Positions 35,501 through 50,500 of a stretch of 64,000 nucleotides of DNA are shown here, in pieces (position 1 is the first letter of the stretch; every line of letters starts with the position of its first letter). The notes beneath the pieces were generated by a model. The model ran no database searches, had not been told where the DNA came from, and worked only from the letters and a program-made list of their open reading frames with translations. The DNA comes from Haliotis rufescens. Taxonomy: Eukaryota. The stretch lies in NCBI RefSeq assembly GCF_023055435.1, contig NW_025963779.1:53630001-53694000 (forward strand), written 5' to 3'. Made by a program: the position numbers and the translations under genes.

Positions 35501-38500
35501 GAATAAATACATACTTTTTCGTGATTATGTAACCAATGACTTAACTTATGATATTCTGTAATTGAAGTTAAACGAAACAGTTTGAAATGTAAGGATAATA
35601 TGATTCTTCTTTTTTTTGTGAATCTCAGAATTGTTTCTACAAGTTGGCAGCTTGATAAACTTAGTTGAAATAAAGATTTCATGGAAAAAATGAATTCACA
35701 CATGCATTTTGTACTTATAATGTCAGCCCCATGGTGATTCTATGCTGTTCATATAAGTGAACTAAATGGATTGATAGCGTGTTATCGTACCCTGTCAGTT
35801 CCAGACATTTGCTCACTGGTTTGATCCAGGCTTGATAACTTACAGGCCATCAGCTAAAAGCTGGTACATTGAGTGTGATGTTAAACAACAAGCAACATTC
35901 TTTTTACCTTGTATGTCTCTACCATGCCATAAATTACAAAGAATATGATGCAGATAACTGTTACTTTTACAAAGTAAAATGAGGGACCTATTTGTCTTAT
36001 TTGAATCATTGGCAATACAGTAAGGTTGTTGGAGAGACAGACCAAGGAGAGAAGCATCCAGTCAGATAGACATAGTTGGTCTCCCTGACCCTTGAGAATA
36101 CATTAGGAAATGAATCCAGGTCAAGTCTAGAATGTTTTTGCAAGTCTAGATTGTATAAGCTCTTGGTATTGTCCTGGACTTCTTTTGGATTTTATTTTTT
36201 ATTATGCAGATATACATTTTTGAAATAGATAACTTTTTTTCTGAGACTAAATGTTTGAGACGGTCACACAATGTCAACATTGCCTGCTTCATTATGGAAA
36301 TTTAATCACATGTTTAAGGTAATGACATTGTCTTTTATATACTTTCAAGTCTGAAAATATTGTTTTGTTTTGGATCAGTCTTGGAAAAATAAGAAAGTGA
36401 AAAAAGCAAGTATTTATTTTCATTGACCGAGTTTAGTTTAGTATCCTTTCATTTTTTATAAAGCCATTTTCATGGCTAACCTTTTTCTTACATTATTATA
36501 TATCTGGTAGATCAAATTTCATATGTAGATCCAGAGTTTTTGCTTAGCAAATATTTACAATGAAATAATATCATTTGACTGTGTGCCTCTTTTATTCGTT
36601 GACATCATACTTATGTCTATTTATCAAACATCACTTTCTTATGCTTGCTAAAATTATATAGTCAGATAGAACACTGAGTGTTTTTGCATTGCTTTACCAT
36701 AGAGATTAGAGTCATGTGCATTTCAAACAATCAACATGTGTATGTAATAATATTGGCGATTGTTTCTTCAATTTTAGTGTTTAAATCAGTGTACATGTAT
36801 TCCCAAATTTGATTAAAATGGGATCTTTGTTCTTGGAACTGCTAAACAAAGATCTGAGGACATCACATTATGAGTCTTCCATAGCCCATGGTAAGTAGAG
36901 CCAGGACATCTAGGACATCTATTAGACATTCCACAATGTTCTTTTATTCAGTTTTCAAAGTTTAATCAAGAACTTTGTCAAAATATTTTTCAAAGAGTAG
37001 TCTGGAAAGAAAGTTGCCAGTTTAAAACTAGTGCTGTACAGCTTATAAAAAGAGCTGCTTTCTGATTGGCTAATGTTGACATCTTGTTAGGCATTTCATT
37101 GGTCGGTCAAATTTCGTGAAATGTTGTTCTTATGTGACCTGTAATGCGATATCCTCAGATCGTTGTTAAGGGTAGCGGCAACTACAGTCTGAATTTAATT
37201 TAAGATTGGTATTTTCAATAGTGGTGTTCTGATTAATCTTAGATTTAACTTAGGATTATGTCTGGATTTCTAATGATCTATCAGGTTTGTACATACTAGA
37301 TAGTTTAGATCTGATCTTTGTCTCAATATGTAGTTGCTTCTACATAGTAGTATCACCAGGGAGTGGAGAATGAAAATTACGAGTGCACACTGATTCAGTG
37401 ACCCAGTGTAGTAATTGTGTTGCGCTATGAGCATTCCAACGCTCATGGAATTTGGCACTGTCGCAAATTACTTGTTATTATCATCATTATAATTACATAG
37501 TGACCAATAGTTGCAATGATTGTTGTGTGAACTTTTGTGATGGTCAGTTTAGACTCTATATACATCATCGCAGATACTTCCAACACTCATACCAAGGATG
37601 ATATGAATAATTTCTTAACTATTTGTTTTTAAGCTAATTAAGCAGGTACATGAGAAATCACGCTCTAGCAGTGCATCATCGGGAAAATCGTCAGCATCAT
37701 CTGTAAGATATATGTTTATTTTGACATTACAGTATTTATTTTGTTTTGCATGACAATGTGGGTATTTCTGAATCTCATTTGTTTGAAACAGATCGTGTCT
37801 CCAGACAGTGTTATAGTTGCTTCAGTTGACATAATTCCACAGTCTTTTATTAGCTGTATCACATCTAGTCATTAACAAATACCTTTTTTAGAATATGTGT
37901 TTAGAAGAATGTGTAGTACTAGTTACAATAAGAACTTGTTCTGTTTCATTGCTCTAGTTGAGTACATACTAACTCATTATTTATGTGAATTAAGATAATA
38001 TTGTAAATGTGGATAATTTCTTATATGAAATATATTTGTTTCTTAAGTGATAAAAAATTGACGATTCCCATAAAAAAGATTGATTTTAAAATATATTTTT
38101 TTCTTTTCAATTTTATAAAAAAATATCTGCTTTCTTCTTTTAGGATAGACAGAGAAAGAAAAAAGTAAGACATGTTTCTGTTGACTTTAGTTTTTGGTTA
38201 GAGGTTGAATATTTTTATTCTTGCTTTTTGTCAAATACGTACTTGGAAATGGTTTGGGATGATGTCTCATCTTCCAGGAGCTATAACTTGATGGGACCTG
38301 CATCTTGAAGGTGCATGATCATGATGATCAGAGTGTACTTGGAACTATATCTGAAAAAACTTGCAATAGGACCTCGGCTTGTCATTTGTGGCAACTGACT
38401 AGGTCAGGAGGTTTAAAACTGGTTGATTGCATGTCATCATATCCTGATGTCATCATATCCTGATGGCTTGTCACAATTATCTTAATAATACTGGTAATCA

Positions 38501-41500
38501 CTGGTTTGCCTTGGTCAGACTTGATTATTTACAGATCACTGTCATATAAATGGAATATTGCTCATTGCATCATTAATAAAAAATGAAACACATTTACATG
38601 TTCCTAGCTGTTTTGTGATCCATTCCAGTTTAATCTATTGCTCTTTTATTATAACAACCCCCCCCCGCCAAAAAAAATAAATAAAAAAAATATAAAAAAA
38701 TAATAAAAATACAAAACGAAAACAACCCCCCCCCCCCCCCCCAAAAAAAAAAAACCCATAAAAAAAACCCAAACCAACAACAAACAAACATTGTAATCCA
38801 TGTCATATTTTGGTATTTATTACCAAATAGAACTCAAATTTTGATTTACTTAAAACTATCTGATCATGTGCCTTCAGAATCTGTGGCTGAGTGGTACATG
38901 TTTGGTAGAGGTTGAAATAGATGTCTTCTTTCTGTTTCTGATTTCCTTTCTTAGAAGTTGATCTACCTTGGATGCAGTTGTAGTTGTAGTTGTGATAAGT
39001 TCTCTCATGCAGTTGTGTTACATTTTGACAATGTGTTTCTTTAGCTGGGTGGTTATGCTGGTACAAAAATGTCTTCAGTGGAATCTTTCATTCAGTAATG
39101 AACAGACTATTAGTATTTGATGCAATTCTTCAATTAAGGGCCCTTGAGGTTTGCTGCCGTAGACTTTGACCCTTTGGATCCCTAAATCTTCCATTTTAAC
39201 ATGAGCATTATGACATGGACCCTCATGGTTAAAGTGGAACACTTAGGTGACAGAGGATCTCCAGTAACAGTGACAGGTACTACATTTCAAATTTCAGCGC
39301 TCAGACTCCAGGAAGGGGCGTGGCAAAGTAAGATGAAGCACTAGCTGCCCAATGTGATTCTGCTATTCAGCTGCTAGTAGCGGTCATAATTACTGCTCAC
39401 ATAGGCTCTAGTGCCATGATATTGCATGCACATGTAGAAAGCAGCATGCATGTATAGAGTTGCATGCATACATTGAGAATTGCATGCATATATGCATAAA
39501 CTATAACTGTTTTCATTTCAGGAGTTTTTATTTAGACAATGCATGGAGTTTGCTTATTAGATGTTGACCATTTCTTGTTTTATGTCCTATAGTAATGTTG
39601 TTAATGATTATATTTCTTATCTTTGTTCTTGCAGATGTTTTTCTTCATAGAGTTTCACCCTAGGCTTGCTATAGTGCATGGCATAGTGAAGGGGTAGGGG
39701 GTAACTTTTGTACAATGAGTAGCCTTATGGGAATTAAGATAACAACTGGTCCCCTGGAACCTATTATGGTTGTATGAGGCAACCAAATGGATCTGGTGGT
39801 CAGACTCAGTGACTTGGTTGATTGTGTGTCATCATACCCTCCTGTCATGGATGCTGCTCATAATATCAATCACCAGATTGTCAGATCTATTATTTACAGG
39901 TCGCCGTCATATAGCTAGAATATTGCTGAGTGTGGCATATAAAAAATGAAATAACATCAACAAAAATTGAGTAAATAAGCTTGTGCTGGTTATTTCCCAG
40001 TTTCATCAAGTAACACCAGCACCTGTATTTTTTTTAACTTATTCTGCTTCTAGTTTAGAAAACAAATAATTATGCTTATGACATTTTCAGATAACAAAAT
40101 TAAATAAATGTCTATGACACTAATGATATGTTTATTTTTATCTATTATTGCAATAGCTGAAGATGTGTCCTTTAAGGTGACAAAAACTTTCATTTATTAT
40201 ACAGTTATACCAAGGTTCCGTCCTTCAGTCCGTCCGAAAACGTTGTCCGCGTGATTTCTCTTAAACTATTCAGTGGATTCATCTCAAACTTAGTACATAT
40301 AATCTGTGTCATATGGAGGGGTGCAGTCAAAAGAAAAAAATTGTTTTTATTAATTTTCCATTTTTTTTATGAATTAATTTTCTATTATTTAATTTGAAAC
40401 TACTGACACAGGGGGTATTAGTGAGCCACGCTCACTTTTGCCCTTGTTAATGACTGTTATTGACTGTTTGCCAAATAGCCCCTGAACACAAACCCATCTC
40501 TTAACTCCTACAGGGATTCTAGGACAGAATGGTTTCTTATTACCACATGTTTGTTGTAAGTGTGTACCAAAACGAGGATTGGATGGTCACCTTATATATG
40601 ACTTGGCTGATAGCAGTCTGTAAAATAAGCACCTGCCCAGTAAAACTGTAGATGCTTTTTTCTGTTGTTCTATCTAGTGAGGTTTAATATTGTTATTCAG
40701 CTGTCAAATATAAGAGTTCAAATTGGGCATTTCCTGCCAAAATGGTCAGTAGATTTTAATTGTCTGATTTCTGATTTCAGGGATGTACTGTAACTTTTGT
40801 GGTGCTTGTTAAGATTAGTAGTGGGATGATACACTGATGCATTGGTGGATCGCGATCTTTTACTTCTCGATACAAGTATCGATTAGAACTGCACACTAAG
40901 AAAAAGTATTGATTCTTACCTTAAAGGTATTCTTTAATAAATGATGCACCAAACACTAATTACATGTGAAAATGTAAATATTTTCATCCACTGTGCCATA
41001 CTTGACATTGCCAACTGTAAATTGTTAGTGTGCCAGGTATTTAGCAATATGTCTATGAAAAAGCATCTACCCGAGGCAAGAGAGTTAACTGACTACAAAA
41101 GTCCAGTTTCCACCCTCACCGAACTAGGCTAGAATTCCTGGCCTTGATTGCAGTGCCATCAGTGGCTATTACGAGTTATGTCCCTTCTATGCCTCTCCCA
41201 TGGACCAATCAGATTCCACCTCTCGTGTTACTTGCATTTGCTTCAAACAAAATGGCAGCGCCCAGTCAAGACAATCTGATCGATAATCAAGATCTATGTT
41301 GTGATAAAACGGGTCTTACATCAAAAAGTGCATCAAATCACATGAGCACCTTGATTAAAAACATGAAAAGATTAGGAAAATATCTGTTGACAACGTGTTA
41401 GCGGTGCACATGCTTTGCAAATCCTGCAATCGACCAAAATCTGCATGACAGTTTATGAACCGGATTTCGATTTCGTTGCGTGATTTTGATTGGACTATGC

Positions 41501-44500
41501 AAAGACTTGTTAGTCAAGCCAAAATGTAACTCCATAATACCAGCCTAGTTCAGCAAGGGTGGAAACTGGACTTTTAAAGTCAGTTAACTCTCTTGCCCCG
41601 GGAAGATGATGAAATAGATGACTTATGCACCACCGATAAGAGCACATGCAAGTATCGTTATAAGATCGCCAGCAAGGTTTCGTGATACGTATCGAATAAC
41701 ACAGTTGGTGTATTGGGTACTTGGGTCGGGTAGGTTGTGAGAAGGACCCGTGTACCCACAGGACTACCTGGACCCATGGTTAGTCACACTATATTCTGTT
41801 TAATGATAAAAAATTAACTAGAACTCCATGGTTACACTACAAGACACTAATGAATGCACTTCTTTCTGACTATGCACCCATTCCTTCAGACTTTTATGTG
41901 TCTGAATAAAGATAAACCTTCTGTGAACCTCAGTGTATGCATGACCAGATGGTTTAGTTTACACGTGTATATCTGAATACATTTTGCCAGGGCTACGGTC
42001 AAACTAGTCCCAATCAGACATTTTGTACCCATCTCTTGAGACCTACAGCAGGTACCCAGGTAGGGTCGGGTAATAGGGGGTCAGTACCTGGGTAGGGTCG
42101 GGTAATAGGGGATGGGAACCCGGATAGTAAATTTGGACTTGTCCCAACCCTACTGGGATGTGCATCAGCATTCACTCACTGAATCCTGGAAGAAAGTTCA
42201 GTGCAGCACTGCTTGAAGTGTTCATTCATTAGACCCAGACACTAGTGAGTATTTGTGAACAGTCTCGAATCCTGGTTCCAGGGAACTTCTAGCATCAGTG
42301 TACAGGTGTATACTATCACAATTGTTATTCTTCCAGGATCGAAGTGGTTCCCCCAAGCCTTCCACTCCACCCCTCATGACTGGTAACCCTGGAGACAAGG
42401 CGTCATACAAGTTCACCGCACCCAACATGGTGCTCAAAGTTAAACCACCTACACCCCTCGCAGGTTAGACACAAATTTGTATAAGTTTGGTATTGTTTTT
42501 TAAATGAATAGTGCCATTTCTCATATCTTTGTTCTAAGAGACGGATTACTTATTACAGGGGGGACGCGCCAGAGGAAATCAGGGGAGAGTCATCAAAAAG
42601 CTTGACCATCTCCCTGGGAGAGTGAAAATTAAATGACAATTAGTTCTTTTTGATAGTTGACATTATTTTATCATGGTTTTCGCAAAGTTTATTTTCTTAA
42701 TGAGAAAAATATTCTATAAGGTGTGAGGGTCATTGGTAAAAAGGACAGAAACTGGGATGGCGCTGCAGAAAATGGGAAAAAACATTGGAGGGGGTCAGAA
42801 ATAATATAAAATCTCTACACAAACAAGCATATCCCCCCCAAGGTCATTCTCCTCTTTTAAAAAAGATTGATACTTTATCAATGATGCTTTATTTCATAAT
42901 TTAATTTTTTTAATTTAAATCGTGCCCTTAAGAAATCTAAAATATGCATATCCTCAAAATTGTCTGACCTAGGGGGTATTTGACCTGGGTGGAATGGGAC
43001 GGGATGAATAGGACTAGACCCATGGAATTATGGGTTCGAATCCCAGTTCACCCTGATTATGTGTCTATGTTTTAAGTACCTAAACATTGCTTGTGGGTTT
43101 CATCAAAGTTGTAAATGTCTAAAACTGGCATCACTTCAGGTTTTCCTCCCACATCAAGCTGACACACTGTGATATAACTGATATAATTCCCTTAAGGGCA
43201 ACTAACTTCAACTGTTGTCTTCCACAGCTAACACCTCATCTTCCATATACTCTGCATGTCAGAAGATTGACTCAGGGGAGGTAATCGGTACCGGACAGAG
43301 CCACCTCCTCACTGCCAACCATCTTGAGGGTCGGGACACCATGTTTGACCACCTGCATGGAAACCTAATGAAATATCTCCCTAAAGATAAAACTGAGGAG
43401 GAGATAGTTATGTGAGCCTTTTGTAGTTCAGATAACATACCGAATGAAACAGTTTCTAATACTTCAGATTCATCATGTAAACAACCTGTGAAGATACGGG
43501 GAAGAATAGGTCTTCAGCAAACCCTGCTTGCCGTAAAAGGTGACCATGCTTGTCGTAAGAGGCGGCTAACGGTATCGGTGGTCAGGCTGTCTGACTTGGT
43601 TGATGCATGTCATCGTATCCCAATTGCAGGGATCGATGCTCCTGATGTCAATTACTGGATTGTCTGGTCCAGACTTGATTATTTAGAGACCGCCGTCATA
43701 TAGCTGGAATAGTCCTGGGTGCAATGTTAAACAACAAACAAACAAACAAACATCATGTAAACTTTGGCCTGAAAACTGACTATTATATCCATGTAATTAT
43801 CTGATTTTACTCAGTTTGGCCATAACTTATGATTTCATGTGTTTGAAACAACATTGTGGCGAACAAATATTTTAAGTAATGGAAAATACCAAATAATATT
43901 TTAAGTAATGGAAAATACCAAATTTTAGTCCAATTAGTTTCACTGCGTTGATGTTAGATACATTTGAACTTTAACATATGGCTGAGTATACATTTAGTAT
44001 CCAAAACAACAGAGTCCTGTTTCACAGAGTTGGGTAGCCTAGTGGTTAAGCGTTCGCTTATTACACCTAAAGACAGGTTCAATTTACTACATACAATATC
44101 TAAAGCCCATTTCTTGTGTCGCTGCCACCACATTGCTAAAATATTTCTAAAAGCAATGGAAAACACAAATCTCTCACTCACTATAATATATCTTAACCTG
44201 GACTTATGCTATTGCTACTTTGTGTTTCTGCACCCTGGAAATGTAATCTCCATAGAATCCATAGCTAAATGCCCATGAAGGATTTGAGCCAGTCCAAATA
44301 TATCTGTATTTAACTATTTGATAACACCTGGGTAATATATGGAGAATTCTTCTTTGGTTTTCAAGAGCGCCAACTTTCCACTTCCTGAGTGCAGGAAGGA
44401 TGGTTCCTCAAGGCTTGGAGCTGCCCTCTCAAGCAGGTACTGGCATATTGCCTGAGTCGCAGTAGTGGTCATACTGTGTTTAGTATTAGGGTATCATTTA

Positions 44501-47500
44501 GGACCATCATATGAGGAAGCACTCAAATACATGTCTTTAGTTGAATACAAGAATGTAAGAACAAAACCGTAATTTGGTGACTTGAATAATGACATCCTTA
44601 TTTGTTCACTTTCTTGATGATGTTTTTTTGGTTGAGGAATAATCTAAAAAATCGTAAATTTCTGTATTTCTTTCTTCTACTTTTTGTAATACAGAACTGA
44701 GATCCCCCTATTCTAGACTAAGAAATACAGACTGTTTAAATTACACTTACTGTAATGTCTGGACATGTTCTTTGCAGGGCTACCTACCACTGTTGCTGTG
44801 TGGTGGACTGGGGGCTCCCATGTGATGCACTACTCTCTGCTCAAGACAGCCAAAGGTAGGTGCACATGCCACCCAGGAGCTATACACATTCATGTGTGCT
44901 TGTTAGGAGAAGTGCTATAAAGCTAATACCGTATTCGACGTAATAAGCGCCCACAGCGATATTTGCTAATATATTGGCTAGTGAACAATCCCAATTGGCA
45001 CCCCTTCCGATTGATCAATGTACACAAGACTTATTTATTCGGGTATAATGCGCACTCGTGTGCTATATGCACCCTTAATTATTGGCAATTATATTCTGGA
45101 AAATTATATATGTCGTATATAAACATTTCAGGCTGTCAGCATAAACCACAAAATTTATCTTTCAACTCAGTTTTTTTTTCACTAAAATAATATTCTAATA
45201 AGAGCCCCCTATTTCTAATTTTGATAGTGCCCTGGGCTTTCGGAAGTTTTGAAATGATCTGGTACAAAATGAAGTGCATTGTGTATGCTATGTGTCATTG
45301 AGTTTATGGACACAGTGCATCAATACATCATGGCTTAAGAACACTATCTATTTAACAATTAGAACAGTTGGGACTTCTAGACAGTATTTGGCATATTAGG
45401 GTTATTTTCTACACCTTCGTGTAAATGCCATCAGTGTGGGGATTGCGGGTAAGACGAGGTCCCCAGGAACCTAAGCTTGTTTTAAGAGGCGAATAAATGG
45501 ATCAGATGGTCATGCTCAGTGGTTGGTTGATTGTGTGTCATTGTATCCCAATTGCGTGGATTGATGATCTACATGTCAATCACTGGATTGTCTGGCCCTG
45601 ACTCAATTATTTACAAACCACTGTCATAAAGCTGGAACGGGTGGCCCAGTCGTCTAAGGCGCCGCGATTTGCTGTGCAGAGTTGCGTCCCTTGGGCACGC
45701 CAGAAACCTATGATTGTGGGTTCGAATCCCGGTTCGCCCCGTTTATGTTTCTAGGTTTGTCAGCACCATACCCGTGCTCGTGGGTTTCACCGAAGTGGTA
45801 AACGTCTGAGACCTGCATCACTTCGGGCTTTCCTCCTACATTAAGCTGACACGCCGCGATATAACTGGAATATTGTTAAAAGCGGCGTTAAACCCAACTC
45901 ACTCACTCACTCATAAAGCTGGAATATTCCTGAGTGAAGAGTTAAACAACAAGGAAACAAAATTAAGAATTGACAACATATTTGAGATGCTACTGAAAGA
46001 TGTTTCCTGGCTACTGGAAGTTGTCCATCAGAGTGCTGTATTAGGTCATCCATATTAATATATGAGTTTCTCATCTCATCCTGCTTCAGAGGGAGTGTCT
46101 GGACAGTGCCTTTGCTTGAGAAGCAGCTGATAGTTGTCTGTTGTATAAGATGGGTATCAGTGAATTCGTTACATTTTTCAGATTTTGAGCACAAGCCTGA
46201 TGTAGTATGGCCGTTCAGCTGCAGGATCCGCTGCACCACCGTGTCCTCCTGTACAGTTCTCCTGGCGGTCGGCCTGGAGGACGGCACTGTCGTCCTCTGG
46301 GACAGATACCTGGGTAAAACTTGCCACAGTGAAACGTTGTGAACTTCAAGTGCTTTTACCATCATATGTGTCAAGTTGAGCATTGTTCTGTATGAAAGTT
46401 AAAAACATTTTAGATTCATTTTTCTATATGACATTACAGCAAAGTGACAATACCGTAAAACTCTTTTTTTTAAAGCTGTGTATCAAAGTAATGGTGTAAG
46501 AGTTGTCAAAGATTCGCTCCTTAAAGCTCAACAAATAATGTTCATTGACACTACATATTTGTGCAAACATAGTTCTAGGGTGTATGGTTATAATGTTAAA
46601 CTATTTCAACTAAATGATCCCTCATTCTTCATTAGACTTTACATTGCTTTTTGCCAATCATTGTCTTACTGGAATCTCACCATCAGCATTGTGTATCACT
46701 GTATCGTGGCACTGGAATGTTGCTCAGGCTACAAACAAGCTAATCTGGGTTCTGTTCGACAAAGTGATCTCAGCACAAAGGTGATCATAACTCCCATACT
46801 TTATATATAGGCTTAAGATTATCCTAACACTAAGATCGCTTTGTGGAACAGGGCCCTGATCCAGATTTATTTGTTCACATGCTGCTGTGACATAGCTGTA
46901 ATATTGTTGACTGTACTGTAAAGAAACACTCGCTCCTATTCTCCATATAATCCTACACCTTTGACACAGAAACTAATGTTTGTCTAGGTATAGACAAAGG
47001 GGTGATCCGTATTTGTCAAGATGTGCCCATTGAGAGGTTGAAGTTCCTGGATCCAAGTATTTCACAACCGACCAGTCAGGGTTATCCCCCTTACAGGAAG
47101 AAGAGCGACATCTGTCTGCTGATCCAGGGTCGGAATGGGGCAGAGTATATCTACAACACAGAGGATGGACCACAGACAAGGCCTATCTGCCTTGCAGGAG
47201 TGTGAGTAGTGGATTGTTCATCAGATTGGTCAAAAGAGAACGTACAAGAAACAAATGTTTCATATGTTATGCACAATTTCCTTTTAGGGGTGAAATAATT
47301 ATATATCCCATCTTGAAGGTAGACTGATTTAAAAACAATAAATATAATAAGTAGGGCTGGGACGAGTCCAAATTTACTACCCGGGTACCCAAACGCCTAT
47401 TACCCGACGCTACCCCGGTACCTGCTGTAGGTCTCAATAGATGGGTACAAAATGTCTGATTGTGACTAGTTTTACCATATCCCTATCAAAATGCACTTAG

Positions 47501-50500
47501 ATACACATTTAGAATGATCTGGTCATGCCTACACTGAAGTTGACCGAACATTATCTTTATTAAAACATATGAATATATATGGAGGAAAGAGTGCATAGTC
47601 AGAAAGAAATGTGAACATTAGTGACTTGTAGTGTAACCATGGAGATCTTTATTTTTGTCTTTGAACAGTATAACGTGACAAACCACAGGTCCAGCTAGTC
47701 CTGCGGGTACCCGGGTCCTATACTCAGTACCCACCCGACCCGAGTACCCGAGTTACCTGTCTCAGAAAGAAAGGTAACTTCATACATTGATGTTTGGCTA
47801 CAGTAGAAGCCTTACCTCGAGTATGGAAGTGACATAATTGACAGCTGTTCCTGCAATGGAAATATTAAATATCAATGGTTTGAGGGATATTGTTATGGCA
47901 AGAACTTTAATGTTGGGCGAATATCATTTACCCGTTCTTTCTCTTATACTTCAGGCCTGACAAGGATGAGGAGAAGGAGACTATTCTTGACACGATGCCT
48001 GATGTACCGGAACTGGTCAGACATATTTCGTTATCAGATAAAAGTATCCTGCAGAATTTTTGTTTGAAAAACATGTCTTATCTGTTTTTCCTAAAAGATG
48101 TTCATATGACATACAATGTAGTAATGTGTCTATAATCCTGATGCCCATTTGGAGGGGACATGGGCTGGGACGAGTCCATATTTACTACCCGGGTACCTAC
48201 CCACCAATTACCCGACCCTACCCGGGTATCCACTGTAGGTCTCAAGAGATAGGTCCAAAATGCTCGATTAGGAATACATGTATTAAACAATCGTATCATG
48301 CATACACTGAAGTTGTCTTAAGTTATATCTTTATTCAACCATATGAAAAGTCAGAAGGAATGGGTGCATAGTCAGAAAGAAATGCAAACATTAGTGACTT
48401 GTCGTGTAACCAAAGAGTTCTGGATAATTTTTGTCATTAAACAATATATCACGTGACTAACCACGGATGCGGGTAGTCCTGTGGGTACCCAGGTCCTACT
48501 CAGTACCAACTTGACCTGGGTACCCAAGTTACCAGTCCCAGCCCTACAGGGGATCACTTATCATTGTGAGTGAGTGAGTGGTTTTAAGCTCCAGCAATAT
48601 CGCGGCAGCATACACCAGAAATGAGCTTCACACATTGTACCCACGAGGGGAAATTAAACCCGGGTTTTGGCTTGACGAGTGAACGCTTTAACCACTAGGC
48701 TACCCAACCACCTCTGGGTTACAATAGGTCCCCTATGCTAATCTCAAGAGGCAACTTAATGGATCAGGTGATCAGGCTCTGTGACTTTGTTGAGGATCTA
48801 CACTCACACCATCTGCCAGAATTTCTGTAACTTTTCCAACACTGGGGTTATTACAAGGACCCATCGACTCTTTTGCTCAATTTCGAACAAAATTTATCAT
48901 AGTTGTTCTTACTGTTGACATCTTCCCCGACAGCTCTTGGTGGTGCAACAGAACGGCTCCCTCTTGCTGAAGGATGTCGTCACTGGATCCAACCTGTGTC
49001 AGATGACCTTGCCCTCCACACACCAGCTGACCAACCCATGGGAACCAGTTCTTGCTTTTGGATCAGGAGGACAACTGTTGTATGTCAAAGGTCAGTTTGG
49101 GCTAATGAAATGTGTAATCTGAGGGACTGGAAGTGGAAGAATGTGTTTTGATGTGTTTATGGTGTCATTCAGAATAATGTAATGATATAATGATATAATG
49201 TCACACCACAAGACAAGGCTGCCTAAATTGTACCATTATTCTGTATTGTGATACAATATTTTTCTTTGTGGGAAAAATAAATGCTTTTTGCTGTTTAAAG
49301 CTCAGGTAACATGTATATGTCTTTACTTGGAAGAAGGTTTTTGTCTCTTTACCATGTTTACAAAAGGTTTGCAGTGGGCGAGACTACATATAACTTGTAC
49401 CATACTTTTGATCAATTATTATTTTAGAAGTTAGTTCCATTAGTTTTGTATGATTTTTGTATCTGTATCCAGCCATTTTTTGTATTTGAAGTATTATCTT
49501 ATATTACTTTATATCGCCCACACAGATCTGCTCAAAGGCTGAGCTAAGCCATCAAGTCTGTAGCCAATGACAGTAAAAATTCCCACTTTGAATTAAAAAT
49601 TTCTAATTCCTCAGAATCCAATTCTGAAAAATGTCACAATTTTTTTCCAAATATACCTGCCATGGGCATTTTGCTAAAGAGATAAATCCCTGCCTATATA
49701 TACTAAAAGTGTTTGACATGTAGTGTCTGGGGTTGTAAGGGTAGTGTCATTTTCATCATGTTACTCAAGCCTGAACTATCCTTCAGTCAGGATCCACTTG
49801 TAGATTTGGTACAACATTTAGTACATAGGGAGCAAGATTACACTTTCTTTTTTCTCCACACACATGACAGAACACTTTGTTTGTCCAGGTACAAAGATAG
49901 ATATGGAAGAAGCCTCTGAGGTGGTTGAGGAGACTGAGATGGAGGAGATTCCTCCAGTCAGCATGTCGTCTCTGTTCATCTTCCAGCTGCGTTCCTTCCC
50001 CTCCCTTGACCCCTACTGGAAGCGGGAACGCGAGGCCGTCTCGTACCTGGTCCACACCACCCTGGAGCAGAGGCTGGACGCCCTCATGAAGGAGAGGTGA
50101 GTGAGTGAGTGAGAGATTAGGTGGGCGGGTGAGTGGATAGAGTGAGTGAGTGAGTGAGTGCCTGGTCCACACCACCCTGGAGCAGAGGCTGGACGCCCTC
50201 ATGAAGGAGAGGTGAGTGAGTGAGTGAGTGAGTGAGTGAGTGCCTGGTCCACACCACCCTGGAGCAGAGGCTGGACGCACTCATGAAGGAGAGGTGAGTG
50301 AGTGGGTGGGTGGGTGAGTGAGTGAGTGAGAGATTAGGTGGGCGGGTGAGTGGATAGAGTGAGGAGTTAGAGTGAGTGAGTGAGTGAGTGCCTGGTCCAC
50401 ACCACCCTGGAGCAGAGGCTGGACGCACTCATGATGGAGAGATGAGTGAGTGAGTGAGTAAGTGTGGGTGGTTGAGTGGGTGGGTGGTTTGGTTGAGTGA

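Noticed and set aside
36441-36450. U12-type donor-like GTATCCTTT
   Set aside because: Not at any exon boundary; all reconstructed introns look like U2-type GT-AG.
38655-38790. Poly-C/poly-A tract
   Set aside because: Low-complexity sequence, possibly low quality, with no structure to support a feature.
40157-40176. Possible additional WDR93 microexon
   Set aside because: 20 nt would shift the frame between phase-0 neighbours, and the donor is weak.
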